Positions 26,440 to 36,679 of a DNA stretch of 63,321 nt are shown one piece after another. This DNA comes from a virus (lineage: Duplodnaviria; Caudoviricetes). How positions within the stretch are numbered: the stretch's first letter is position 1; each line of letters opens with the position of its first letter. The DNA lies in IMG/VR virus record IMGVR_UViG_3300042534_000414, positions 1 through 63,321 of that record, one strand, 5' to 3'. A program made the translations under genes and the position numbers. Under the pieces are notes generated by a model. It searched no databases, was not told where the DNA came from, and worked only from the letters and a program-made list of their open reading frames with translations.

Positions 26440-28501
26440 GGTTGTTGCACAATTACCTAAAGACTTCCAAAGAGAAGTAAAGGTAGGAGAATACACATTT
26501 GAGTTACCTGAATGTCCAAAGGATAAGAAGGATATAATGGGATGGGATTTAAAGGTACCTGAACAGAAATGGCATAGACCAAATGATGTATTGGGAGAAA
26601 AGGCATTTGATGCTTTGGATGATGAGAAGAAGGTAGCTTATTTATCAAGGGAGTTTAAACGTAGGCGAGAAGGCTTTTGGTTTTACAACTGTGGAGAGAT
26701 AACATACTTGACAGGTCATCATTATTTCTTTTTAACCTATTGGAGGTTGCCAGAGGGTTTTGCTGATTACAAAGAATCTGATAGAGATTTATTTTGGTTG
26801 TTTGATTATACAGAAAGGTTGCCAACTTGTTTAGGATTGTTGCAACTAACAAACAGGCGTGATGGTAAGACCGCACGATCATCAGCAATCATTTACAATA
26901 TAGCTACCTTAAACAAGGAAAGTTATTGTGGTATTCAAAGTAAAACAGGGGGTGATGCTAAGATTATCTTTAAGAAGATAATTGGTTCATGGAAAAAAAT
27001 GGAGCATTACATGAAGCCTGTTGATAGTGGCGATACTAATCCACAAAAGGATTTAAGGTTTGAGGAGCCAGGAACAAGGAGTACGAAGAGCGGTATAAAA
27101 GTTTATAAGGATGTAATTAATTCAGCTATTGATTATAAACCAAGTTCAGAAGAAGCGTATGATGGTACCAAGATGAGGTTTTACTACCATGATGAGATTG
27201 GTAAGACTGTGGAAGTAGATGTGTATAACCGTTGGTTAATTGCAAAGGAGTGTTTAAAGATAGGTAGGAAAGTAATTGGGAAATCGTTGCACACTTCGAC
27301 TGTGGAGGAAATGGAAAAGAAGGGTGGTGAGAATTGTTATAGATTATGGCAGGATAGTGATTTACATGAGGCGTTAAGTCAAGGAAGGGATAGTACCTTT
27401 TCTGGATTGTTAAGATACTTTAAACCTGCAACACATGGATTAGTAGGTTTTATAGATGAATATGGAAGAAGTGTAATAGACGACCCAAAGGAGCCTATAA
27501 TGGGAATGGATGGAGATATGATAACAGAGGGAGCGTTAAGTTACATAAAAAAAGCACGTATAGGTTTAAGTCCACAAGCAATGGCATCACACAAGCGTAA
27601 ATACCCATTGGATATAGATGAAGCCTTTTATATGGATGGTAAGGATAGTGTATATGATGTAATACGCTTAAATGAGCAGATTGAGTACAACAATACCTTA
27701 CATGAAAACTTTATTACTAAGGGTAACTTTGTATGGAAGAATGAATCAAGGACAATGGTTGATTTTATACAGAGTGAGAATGGTAGGTTTAGTGTTGTAT
27801 GGTTGCCGAAGGTTGAGGATAGAAATTGTGTAACCTCCGTACATGGAGTACAGAAGCCGGGTAACTTTTTAACTTTAAGTGCAGGTGTCGATCCATACGA
27901 CCATAAATACACAACTGATTACAGGAAATCAAATGGTGCTTTTTATATCTTCAAAAAGTTTGATGTAATGGACCAGGATTACAGTAAGATGTTTGTTTGC
28001 GAATATGTGAATAGACCGAGTAATCCGGAGGATTTTTACGATGATATTTTAAAGGCTTGTGTATTTTACGGATGTGAGGTATTGGCTGAAACGAATAAGA
28101 TAGGTTTAACGAATTACTTTAGGACAAAGGGATATTACTATTACTTGATGGATAGACCATATATAACGCACACGAGTAATTCGCATAAGCAAAAGGAAAA
28201 GGGTATTCCAATGAATAGTGCTGATGTAAGGCAGTCGTTGGTGGAAGCAATGGAGATGTACATATTGGAGAATGTAGGATATAATCAGACTGATGAGGTT
28301 TATGGGAAGTTGTATTTCAATAAATTGTGCAAGTGCCTTATTCAGTTCAAGGTTGATAAATGGACAGACTACGATGAGTTTGTAGGGGCGGTGTTGGCGT
28401 TAATAGGTTCAACAAGATACGATAGGATGGCTAAGGTTAATACACAATTACCTAAAATATCCCAATTAGTAAAAACCTATAAGATAAGACAATATAGATA
28501 A
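26429..28501 (+). CDS. terL: terminase large subunit
   Basis: NRRDGKT Walker A, YYHDEIGK Walker B, GVDPYD nuclease motif, LAETN. Confidence 0.9.
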   Translation: MENKVVAQLPKDFQREVKVGEYTFELPECPKDKKDIMGWDLKVPEQKWHRPNDVLGEKAFDALDDEKKVAYLSREFKRRREGFWFYNCGEITYLTGHHYFFLTYWRLPEGFADYKESDRDLFWLFDYTERLPTCLGLLQLTNRRDGKTARSSAIIYNIATLNKESYCGIQSKTGGDAKIIFKKIIGSWKKMEHYMKPVDSGDTNPQKDLRFEEPGTRSTKSGIKVYKDVINSAIDYKPSSEEAYDGTKMRFYYHDEIGKTVEVDVYNRWLIAKECLKIGRKVIGKSLHTSTVEEMEKKGGENCYRLWQDSDLHEALSQGRDSTFSGLLRYFKPATHGLVGFIDEYGRSVIDDPKEPIMGMDGDMITEGALSYIKKARIGLSPQAMASHKRKYPLDIDEAFYMDGKDSVYDVIRLNEQIEYNNTLHENFITKGNFVWKNESRTMVDFIQSENGRFSVVWLPKVEDRNCVTSVHGVQKPGNFLTLSAGVDPYDHKYTTDYRKSNGAFYIFKKFDVMDQDYSKMFVCEYVNRPSNPEDFYDDILKACVFYGCEVLAETNKIGLTNYFRTKGYYYYLMDRPYITHTSNSHKQKEKGIPMNSADVRQSLVEAMEMYILENVGYNQTDEVYGKLYFNKLCKCLIQFKVDKWTDYDEFVGAVLALIGSTRYDRMAKVNTQLPKISQLVKTYKIRQYR

Positions 28502-28544
28502 TATTTATTACATTTGTAGATAAAATAAATTTTACGTATAGGTA

Positions 28545-30875
28545 ATGAATGATATAACTTGTAAATTTCCTTCAAGATACGCAAGTAAGGAAGAGAAAGC
28601 TGAAAAGTCTTATGGACTAGCTTACGGTAAGGCGATATATGATGTTTACACAAAGGATACCTTTTCGTTATTTACGAAAAAGGATAAGTTTGTAAGGAAC
28701 AGAAAATATGCCGAAGGAACTCACAGCATCGAGAAGTTTAAAGATTTATTGGGATTAAATGGCGACCAATCATATTTGAATTTGGATTTTTCGCCTGTAC
28801 CTATCATACCTAAGTTTGTAGATTTATTAGTGGGGGAAATGATGAATCAGGAGTTTAGGATAAATGCCGAAGCTATTGATGACCGTAGCCTTACACAATT
28901 TGATGAAATGAAATCCAAGTTATACGCTAACTTTATATTGAGAGATGTAAACAAGGATTTAGAAGCGATGACTGGTATGCCTGTTGTGGATAAGTCGGTA
29001 CCAACAATGGAGAATGAGGAGCAGATTAAATCATACTTAAAAAACACGTATAAACAAGCAAGTGAAAAAGCAATAGAATTGGCTTTAACATTTGTATTAC
29101 AGAATAATGAAGTTAAGGAATTAAAGAAAAGAGTAATTAGGGATTTAGTTACTTTAAAATGGGGAGCTACGAAAACTTATTTTGATAGCAACTATGATAT
29201 TAAAATGGCTTATGTAGATCCTCGTAACTTAGTTATTCCATATACAACAAGACCTGATTGTTCAGATTTAGAATATGCAGGAGAGGTTGTAAAAATGTCT
29301 TTCCATGATTTACGATTAAGAAATCAAACGTTAACCGAGGAAGAGTTATTGGATATTGTAAAAACTTACGGTAGAAATAGCCATGGATATTCAGTTGATG
29401 CTTTATCAGAGAAAGGCGCATATTACTATCATGATTCAAGAAGTTTAGAAAACTTTGATGATTTTTATATTGATGTGTTAGATTTTGAGTTCCAGAGCAG
29501 CAACTTTGATTTAACTTATGAGAAGAAATATTATCAAGAAGATGGTTTTTTCTTAAATAAGAAAAATAAAGATTATACGCCTAACAAGGAATCAAAGAAA
29601 AAAATAGAAGTAATAAAAAAAGAGTTAGAGGTTTATTACGATGGTTTATGGATAGTAGGAAGTAATTACGTAATGAATTACGGATTACGTAAGAATATGC
29701 CAAGACCAAAAATGAACGAGGCTTATTCATCAACAACTTGCAGTCGATTCACAATTTACGCACAAGATATTTACGACATGGATAACAAGTCGTTAGTAGA
29801 GCGTATGATACCTCATGCAGACCAGATACAATTAATTCACTTAAAGATACAGCAATTTATTGCTAAGGCTAAACCAAGTGGTTTGATGATTGATGTATCG
29901 GGATTAGAGGATGTTGTGATGGGTAAGGGTACTGCGATGACGCCATTGGAGTTAACGGAGATATACGATCAAACAGGTAACTATTATTTCAGGGGTACGG
30001 ATTCAGAGGGGCAGACAATGCAACGAAATCCAATTATGCCTGCACCAAATGGTTTAAATATAAGTGAGATACAAGGATTCATAAACTTGTATAATTATCA
30101 CTTAGATATGATACGAACTGTAAGTGGGGTAAATGAGTTTAGAGATGGAAGTACACCTGATAACAGAACGTTGGTAGGCGTACAGAAAATGGCTATTGGT
30201 ACTTCAAGAAACACAACTAGACCATTGAACGAGGCGTTTTTATCTATAATGGAAAGAATGGTAACACAAGCTTCATTAATGTTGCAGTTAAAAGCTAAGT
30301 GGTACACAGGAGGATTAAAAGGATTTATTCCTGCGTTGGGTAAAGAAACTGTTGACATTTTAGAAATTAACAAAGAAATATCAAATGCTACATTAGGTAT
30401 TAAGATTAGTTTAATGCCAGATGTTGAGGAGATACAGCAAATGTACATGGAGGTTGAGAGAGCAATAGCAAATGGAAATATTGATTTAGAGGATGCTTTT
30501 GAGATTAGAGATGTATTAAAAACAAATACTAAAGTTGCTATTGATTTGTTAAAGGAGAAGCGTAGAAAGAAAATGGAAGCTGATGAGCAGAAATCTTTAA
30601 TGCTACAACAAGCAAACGCACAAGCACAAGGGCAAGCTGCAATGGTTGCTGCGCAAGCTGAATTACAATTGATACAAGCTAAGAATCAAGCTAAGATGGC
30701 TGAAATACAATTAGAGTATCAGTTTAAATTACAGTTAGCAGGAGTGCAAGTAGAGGGCGATATATTGAAAGAAGAAACGAGGGGTGATGAAAAAATCAAG
30801 CAGATTAAGTTTGAAAAAGCTTTAGAGTTTGAGCCAGAGAAGAGGGAAGAAAAAGAATTAGAAACATTTGATTAA
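28545..30875 (+). CDS. portal protein
   Basis: 776 aa after terL; PIIPKFVD, SGVNEFRDGS, C-terminal Q/A-rich coil. Confidence 0.85.
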   Translation: MNDITCKFPSRYASKEEKAEKSYGLAYGKAIYDVYTKDTFSLFTKKDKFVRNRKYAEGTHSIEKFKDLLGLNGDQSYLNLDFSPVPIIPKFVDLLVGEMMNQEFRINAEAIDDRSLTQFDEMKSKLYANFILRDVNKDLEAMTGMPVVDKSVPTMENEEQIKSYLKNTYKQASEKAIELALTFVLQNNEVKELKKRVIRDLVTLKWGATKTYFDSNYDIKMAYVDPRNLVIPYTTRPDCSDLEYAGEVVKMSFHDLRLRNQTLTEEELLDIVKTYGRNSHGYSVDALSEKGAYYYHDSRSLENFDDFYIDVLDFEFQSSNFDLTYEKKYYQEDGFFLNKKNKDYTPNKESKKKIEVIKKELEVYYDGLWIVGSNYVMNYGLRKNMPRPKMNEAYSSTTCSRFTIYAQDIYDMDNKSLVERMIPHADQIQLIHLKIQQFIAKAKPSGLMIDVSGLEDVVMGKGTAMTPLELTEIYDQTGNYYFRGTDSEGQTMQRNPIMPAPNGLNISEIQGFINLYNYHLDMIRTVSGVNEFRDGSTPDNRTLVGVQKMAIGTSRNTTRPLNEAFLSIMERMVTQASLMLQLKAKWYTGGLKGFIPALGKETVDILEINKEISNATLGIKISLMPDVEEIQQMYMEVERAIANGNIDLEDAFEIRDVLKTNTKVAIDLLKEKRRKKMEADEQKSLMLQQANAQAQGQAAMVAAQAELQLIQAKNQAKMAEIQLEYQFKLQLAGVQVEGDILKEETRGDEKIKQIKFEKALEFEPEKREEKELETFD

Positions 30876-30941
30876 TTTGGATATTGATAAAATTTATTAT
30901 ATTTGCAATATCATAAACTAAATTTATTTAAATTAAATACT

Positions 30942-32126
30942 ATGTTACAGGATATAATGAAAGCCGAATTGGAAAAACAAGAAGGCATTACAGTAGATGT
31001 TAAAGAGGAAGGTTCAAATGATGGAGAATCAAGACCTGCGTTTTTAGACATGATTGAAGAAGAAAAGAAAGAGGAAGTAAAAGAAGAAATAAAAGAAGAA
31101 GTAATAACCAATAAAAAAGAAGAGGATGTTGTTAATCAAGATAGCAATGATAATGGGGTTGATACTTTTGATTTTAGTGATAAAGGATTAGAGGTAAAGG
31201 GAGAAGAAAAAAAAGAGGAAGTTAGTTTTGACATAAATGAGAAGTTTAAGGAATTGTATCCTGATTTAGGAGTGGAGGATGTTGCACAATTAATATCGGA
31301 ATACAAGGAATTAAAAGAAAGAAAACCATTACTAGCAGATAGTGATTTAGAGAAGGTAGCAGGGTTGTTAGTAGATGGAGAGATAGACTGGAATAAGATA
31401 AAACAGATAGCAGACATTAAAACAATGGATGTTAGTAAGTTGGATGATAGAACGGTTTTTGTAAATGGATTAAAAGGTGAGGGATATAGTGATGATGATA
31501 TTACAGAAGAGTTAGAGATATTTGATGCAACGTTTGACTTTGATGAAGAGTTAGCGGACAGCAGAGAAATCTTAGATAATAAAAGATTAAAGAGTTCTTT
31601 GAAAAAGAAATTAAAAGAATACAGAGATAATATATCGAAGTTAAAGGATGATGCACAATTTGATTTACCAAAAATCAACTTAAAGCCTGATACCAAATCG
31701 AACGAGGAGGAATTAGAAAAGCAAAAGGAGATGGTTGCTAAATGGAATAACGTAGTAAAGTCCAACGTAAGTGATTTTAAAGAAGTAGTTTTTAGCTTAG
31801 ACAAAGATAAGAAGTACAACTTTAAGGTAGCGGAAGAAGATGTAGAGTTTCTGGAAAAATCAATTACTGATTCAGCGGAGTTATATAAGCGTTATCAGGA
31901 TAAAGAAAACAACACCTTTGATTTTAAATCAATGCGACAAGACTTGTTCATGATGAAGAATTGGAAAACGGTTGTTAAAACTTTAATACAGCAGAACGCA
32001 AATAACAAAGCAGAAGAGGTTATAAAAGACATTTCTAACATTAACTTTGATGGAAGTCAAAGAGGTGGAGGAGAGAAAGTAAAATCGCCTATTGATTTAG
32101 GCATTAACAAATTATTGGGTTTATAA
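30942..32126 (+). CDS. putative capsid scaffolding protein
   Basis: Highly acidic, helical, between portal and capsid; promoter TATATTTG at 30898. Confidence 0.6.
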   Translation: MLQDIMKAELEKQEGITVDVKEEGSNDGESRPAFLDMIEEEKKEEVKEEIKEEVITNKKEEDVVNQDSNDNGVDTFDFSDKGLEVKGEEKKEEVSFDINEKFKELYPDLGVEDVAQLISEYKELKERKPLLADSDLEKVAGLLVDGEIDWNKIKQIADIKTMDVSKLDDRTVFVNGLKGEGYSDDDITEELEIFDATFDFDEELADSREILDNKRLKSSLKKKLKEYRDNISKLKDDAQFDLPKINLKPDTKSNEEELEKQKEMVAKWNNVVKSNVSDFKEVVFSLDKDKKYNFKVAEEDVEFLEKSITDSAELYKRYQDKENNTFDFKSMRQDLFMMKNWKTVVKTLIQQNANNKAEEVIKDISNINFDGSQRGGGEKVKSPIDLGINKLLGL

Positions 32127-32148
32127 ATTTTTAAATTATTTTTACATT

Positions 32149-33567
32149 ATGGCATTACCTTTTGAAGCAGGTGGTTTTGGAACGCAAGCAGATTATGGCT
32201 TCGTATCAGCAATGGATTTGCACAAACCACAATTTGACAATGAATTAGGAAGAAGATACGGAAATCAGTATTTATCCGAGTTCTTAATGAACATTAATTA
32301 TGCGAAACCAGTTATGGGTTACGAATATTTCCACTTTGAGGAAGGTCGTATTTATCCTAAATTGAACGCTACAACCGCAGGTGCAGGTGCAGGTGCTTCG
32401 GCAACTTTTACTTTAGCTGCAAACGCAACTGATACTTATTCTTTAGGTCAATCTCCTTTCGTAGGTAGTGTTGATAAAGACATCGTAGTAGCAAGAGTTG
32501 GTGATATTATTTCTGTTAAACCTGCATCAGGTGTAGTTAACAGTTCTAGTATGATTTTAGCTCGTGTACAATCAGTTAACAAAGGTGCAGGAACATTTAC
32601 TGCTATTCCTTTAGAAACTGGCGTATCTATCCCGGCTATCGCAACTGCAAGTGAAATTGCAATTGTAGGTAATGCTTTCGGTGAGGGTGATGTACAACCA
32701 GAATCAAGAGCTTCTAAAGTTTCTAAATATTCTAACAACGTACAGTTTTTCAAAGAAACTTTTGAATTACCAGGTACTGCGAAAGGATTACAAACTTGGG
32801 TTGAGTTTACAGGAACTAACGGACAAAAAGGACAATACTTTGTTTTAAAAGGCGAAGAGGATGCTTATGTACGTTTCTTGAACACAAGAGAGTTAGGTTT
32901 GTTAACTAATAAGAAAACAACTAACGTTACTTTAGCAAATGCACAAGCAACTGCTGGTACACCAACAATGACAACAGAAGGTTTAATTCCTTTCATTCAA
33001 TCACAAGGTAATAACTTAGGTTATTCAGCTTTAACTGGTTTCAGCAAAGCGGATATGGATGAGATTGTAGTTACTTTAGATTCTCAAAAAGGAGCTAAAG
33101 AAAACTTGTTCATGTGTGGTATTCAGTTATCATTAGCAATTGATGATGTATTAGCTGATTCAAGACAAAATGGTGCAGTTACTTTTGGTGCATATAGCTT
33201 CGGTGCTGATGCTTCAATCAACTACCAATTTGATTCTTACAAAATCGGTAACTACGTATTCAAGAAAAAGACAATGGATTCATTCAATGACTTACAGTCT
33301 TTAGGAGCGCAAGGTTACGGTTATCCGTTTGAGGGTATGATTATCCCAATGGATGCTAAGATGGATTCTAAAACAGGTGAGAAAATGTCATCTTTAAGAG
33401 TTCGTTACTTAGTTGACGAAAACGGAGCAAGACAAAACAAAAGAGCATACGTTGAAGGTTTCAGTCAATTCCAAGATGGAAAAGACATCGTTTCAATGAG
33501 ATACTCTGATGCGGTAGGTTTCCAAGGAATTGGTGGTAACAGATTCTTCTACATTGAGAGAGTGTAG
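32149..33567 (+). CDS. major capsid protein
   Basis: 472 aa with strongly biased codons, followed by a strong terminator; position and size fit a crAss-like/Bacteroidota podophage capsid protein. Confidence 0.8.
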   Translation: MALPFEAGGFGTQADYGFVSAMDLHKPQFDNELGRRYGNQYLSEFLMNINYAKPVMGYEYFHFEEGRIYPKLNATTAGAGAGASATFTLAANATDTYSLGQSPFVGSVDKDIVVARVGDIISVKPASGVVNSSSMILARVQSVNKGAGTFTAIPLETGVSIPAIATASEIAIVGNAFGEGDVQPESRASKVSKYSNNVQFFKETFELPGTAKGLQTWVEFTGTNGQKGQYFVLKGEEDAYVRFLNTRELGLLTNKKTTNVTLANAQATAGTPTMTTEGLIPFIQSQGNNLGYSALTGFSKADMDEIVVTLDSQKGAKENLFMCGIQLSLAIDDVLADSRQNGAVTFGAYSFGADASINYQFDSYKIGNYVFKKKTMDSFNDLQSLGAQGYGYPFEGMIIPMDAKMDSKTGEKMSSLRVRYLVDENGARQNKRAYVEGFSQFQDGKDIVSMRYSDAVGFQGIGGNRFFYIERV

Positions 33568-33588
33568 TTACACAAAACCATAAAAATT

Positions 33589-33616
33589 AAAGGGGAGGGT
33601 AACACCTCCCTTTTTA
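33589..33616 (+). terminator. intrinsic terminator
   Basis: AAGGGGAGG...CCTCCCTTTTT. Confidence 0.75.
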
Positions 33617-33654
33617 TTGATACACAATTATTATAAATCTAAATTAAACTAAAC

Positions 33655-34776
33655 ATGGCAGATTACGCACTATTAAAGCCACAAGGTAAAGGAGTGGCAA
33701 CACAAGATGATTTTAAATCACACTTGTATGTATTATCAAGAAAAAACAGCAATCCTACATTAGATGGATGTCATTATCCAAAGAGCTTTGTAATAAAAGC
33801 AGAGGATGAAGTTTACATGAGTTGGACAGATAAAGATGGACAACATCACACAGGAAACAGAATTATTCGTTTAGTTCAAGGACAAACGAGTGTATTCGCT
33901 GATGAACAATCAGAAACTAATCCTAATCCAAAAAAAATCAAGAGAGTAAGATTTATTGATGGTTTTTTAATTGTTGATGGTAAGGACAAATTACAAAGAC
34001 AATTTTTAGATTTATGCAATTGGAATAGAAACAATGCAGAATTTAGAATGGATGGTAAGACTGAATTGTTTTACAAAGAAAACAGAGAGGGTAAAGCAAT
34101 TGAAACTATTGATTTAAAGAAAAAAATCTTTGAATTACAAGGTAAAGTATTTGAGAGTACGGAATCTGAATTAGATGCTTACTGTTTAACTTTTGAGGTA
34201 AGAGGTTATACCAGTATGAATGTAAATGAGAAGCGAACTGTATTGTTGGATATGGTTGCGTTTGACCCATTAAAGTTTGAAAAAGAAATGAACTCCGATG
34301 AGCGTAAGCGTAAGTATTGGGTGATGAAAGCATTTGAGGAAAAGATATTCCAAGTGAGTGCGAATAAATCTGAAATTCAATACACAATTGGGGGAATTAA
34401 AACAATATGCGATATTCCAAGTATCAATACAAACCACATTGAGTATTTAACTGAATTATCATTTAAGAGTGTAGAGGTAAATGAATTGGTAGAGAAAACT
34501 ATTAAGATTTTGAAACAACCAATCATTAGAGCTAATTCAACAGCTTTAGCTTCTTCAAACAATGACAATGAGTATCAGGCGTTATACAAAGGTGCATTGG
34601 AAAACAAGGTTATTTTCAAAGCTGGACCATGGACAAGGTTTACTGATAAAACATTATCGGATATAAACTTAGGTAAGTCAATGACAGAGTTTGAAGAAAT
34701 ATTGAGAGAAAACCATGAGTTATTTGGTAAGATAACAATGTTGGTTGCAGAGGCGAAAGATGTTCGTGATAAGTAG
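33655..34776 (+). CDS. hypothetical protein downstream of the capsid gene
   Basis: 373-aa ORF. Confidence 0.75.
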   Translation: MADYALLKPQGKGVATQDDFKSHLYVLSRKNSNPTLDGCHYPKSFVIKAEDEVYMSWTDKDGQHHTGNRIIRLVQGQTSVFADEQSETNPNPKKIKRVRFIDGFLIVDGKDKLQRQFLDLCNWNRNNAEFRMDGKTELFYKENREGKAIETIDLKKKIFELQGKVFESTESELDAYCLTFEVRGYTSMNVNEKRTVLLDMVAFDPLKFEKEMNSDERKRKYWVMKAFEEKIFQVSANKSEIQYTIGGIKTICDIPSINTNHIEYLTELSFKSVEVNELVEKTIKILKQPIIRANSTALASSNNDNEYQALYKGALENKVIFKAGPWTRFTDKTLSDINLGKSMTEFEEILRENHELFGKITMLVAEAKDVRDK

Positions 34777-34803
34777 ATAAAACCTTAGTAATTAAATTAT
34801 AAG

Positions 34804-34845
34804 AAACCGATAGCTAAATGTTATCGGTTTTTTTTTATATATTTG
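34804..34845 (+). terminator. terminator immediately followed by the promoter -7 element TATATTTG
   Basis: AAACCGATAGC...GTTATCGGTTTTTT; TATATTTG at 34838-34845. Confidence 0.7.
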
Positions 34846-34864
34846 TCGTATAAAATTTTATACA

Positions 34865-36679
34865 ATGGCAATAAGCAATGTTGATTTTTCGGTAACATTT
34901 GTGGTAGATAAAACGCAAAGTTATTTCGTTATAACAGATACTACTGATTACGCAAGTCAAGGCGTAACAACAAACGATGTTGAAGGTTTGATTAAGGTAG
35001 TTTCTCCAAGTGGAATTGTGTATGATAACACAGATTTTAGTGATCCAGATTTAGAGTTGGTAACAAGCCGAGTTAACAGAGCTATTATAATTCCTACATA
35101 CGTTGGTACTAATAATCCATTAAAAGGAACTTACACAATTAGCTTAACAAGTTCTGATGATTCTGGTGCAAATAGTTTTACGACAACAAAGGTATTTAAT
35201 TACAGTTTAAATACGCCTGTTCCTGCAATAGATGTAACAGTAGATTGTATCTCTCCGCAGTTAAAGAGCGAGGATAAAACGGTTTACAATTTGAATAGTG
35301 TAAATCCTGCAACAAGTTTTCCAATTGTGTATGCAAGTACAGGAAGTTCATCTATTGGTATATCAGGAAACAAAGTAGGAGCGTTTATTGTAGGTTCAAA
35401 AGTAAATGTACAGGGTTCAACTGCAAATGATGGTGAATACACAATTAGTAGTGTAATCTACAACAAAACATCTGATAGAACAGAGATTGTATTTAGCACA
35501 AGTGTAGATAGCAACTTAGGTGATGGATTAGTGTACACAAGAGTAAATAATATTTACTATCCTGGCGTATTAGGATTAAGCCCATTAGTAGGATTTACCA
35601 ATACAATAACTACTTCGGTATTTTACACAGGAAACCAAGAATTTAAAAGTGAGGGTTATTTTAATTATACATACGCAACTGATTTTAGTGTAACGTTTTA
35701 TTTAATTAAAACAGAAAGTAAAAACATTACTTGTGATATAAGATTATGTGATATTTATTGCTGCATTAGTAAAACATTAAACAACTATTTACAATATAAA
35801 GGCGTAAATGATGTGTTGGCAAACAACTACAAAAACGCTTATATCTTAGCTTGTAGTTATTTAACAAGTTTACAAACACAGATGCAATGTGGTAACACAA
35901 GTAATTTGGATGCGGTAGTTGCTGAAATAAGAAACGTAACTGGATGTACTACTGATTGTAATTGTGAGGATAGCGATAATGTTTTGATACAAGGTTTAGG
36001 CACAAGTAACAATGTAGAGGTTGTTTCTAGTAGCAATGAATTAAGAGTAGCTAAAACAGTAGTTGGAAGCACCTCAACGTTTACATTAACTTTAGATCCT
36101 TCTATTGCAACAGCATTAGCGAATATTGTTTCAGTAACATTAGAGGATTCATCGACCATAGATGTAAATGAGGTTATTGATGGTAACGGAAATAAAACTT
36201 ATACTCCAAGTATAGCAACAGGTATTATTCCTGATGTAATAGAGAAAATGAGTTTTAGCTTGTTGATTGAGTATAGGTTTACACCTAGTTTAAATCCAAG
36301 ACCTTCGTTAAATTTTACTGTAAGTAACTTTGAGGTTGATGCACAATTAGATTTTGTACAACCAACAGTAGAAGATAGGTCGTCAATAAGCTTACCTCCT
36401 GATTCAATGAACTTAATTGCATTAAGGGCTTTCCAATCTTCTTCGGATAATGTAAAGGTATTTGCAGAGGTTGTTAAAACAGTAGGATACAATTCACAAG
36501 ATAACACAATAAGTGATAGTTCAATTTTTGATGTAACAAATAACTTAGAAGTTAAAATTGTAAAAGCAAGTGCTAATGATATAGCGTTTACTTTGAGTGA
36601 TGGTATTCCAATGTCAACACAAAGCTACATAACAAGTAATTATCAATCAGTTTTAGTTAACTTTATAATCACAAAATAA
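34865..36679 (+). CDS. virion structural protein
   Basis: 604 aa, beta-rich with a Cys cluster (CDIRLC..YCC...C.TDCNC). Confidence 0.65.
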   Translation: MAISNVDFSVTFVVDKTQSYFVITDTTDYASQGVTTNDVEGLIKVVSPSGIVYDNTDFSDPDLELVTSRVNRAIIIPTYVGTNNPLKGTYTISLTSSDDSGANSFTTTKVFNYSLNTPVPAIDVTVDCISPQLKSEDKTVYNLNSVNPATSFPIVYASTGSSSIGISGNKVGAFIVGSKVNVQGSTANDGEYTISSVIYNKTSDRTEIVFSTSVDSNLGDGLVYTRVNNIYYPGVLGLSPLVGFTNTITTSVFYTGNQEFKSEGYFNYTYATDFSVTFYLIKTESKNITCDIRLCDIYCCISKTLNNYLQYKGVNDVLANNYKNAYILACSYLTSLQTQMQCGNTSNLDAVVAEIRNVTGCTTDCNCEDSDNVLIQGLGTSNNVEVVSSSNELRVAKTVVGSTSTFTLTLDPSIATALANIVSVTLEDSSTIDVNEVIDGNGNKTYTPSIATGIIPDVIEKMSFSLLIEYRFTPSLNPRPSLNFTVSNFEVDAQLDFVQPTVEDRSSISLPPDSMNLIALRAFQSSSDNVKVFAEVVKTVGYNSQDNTISDSSIFDVTNNLEVKIVKASANDIAFTLSDGIPMSTQSYITSNYQSVLVNFIITK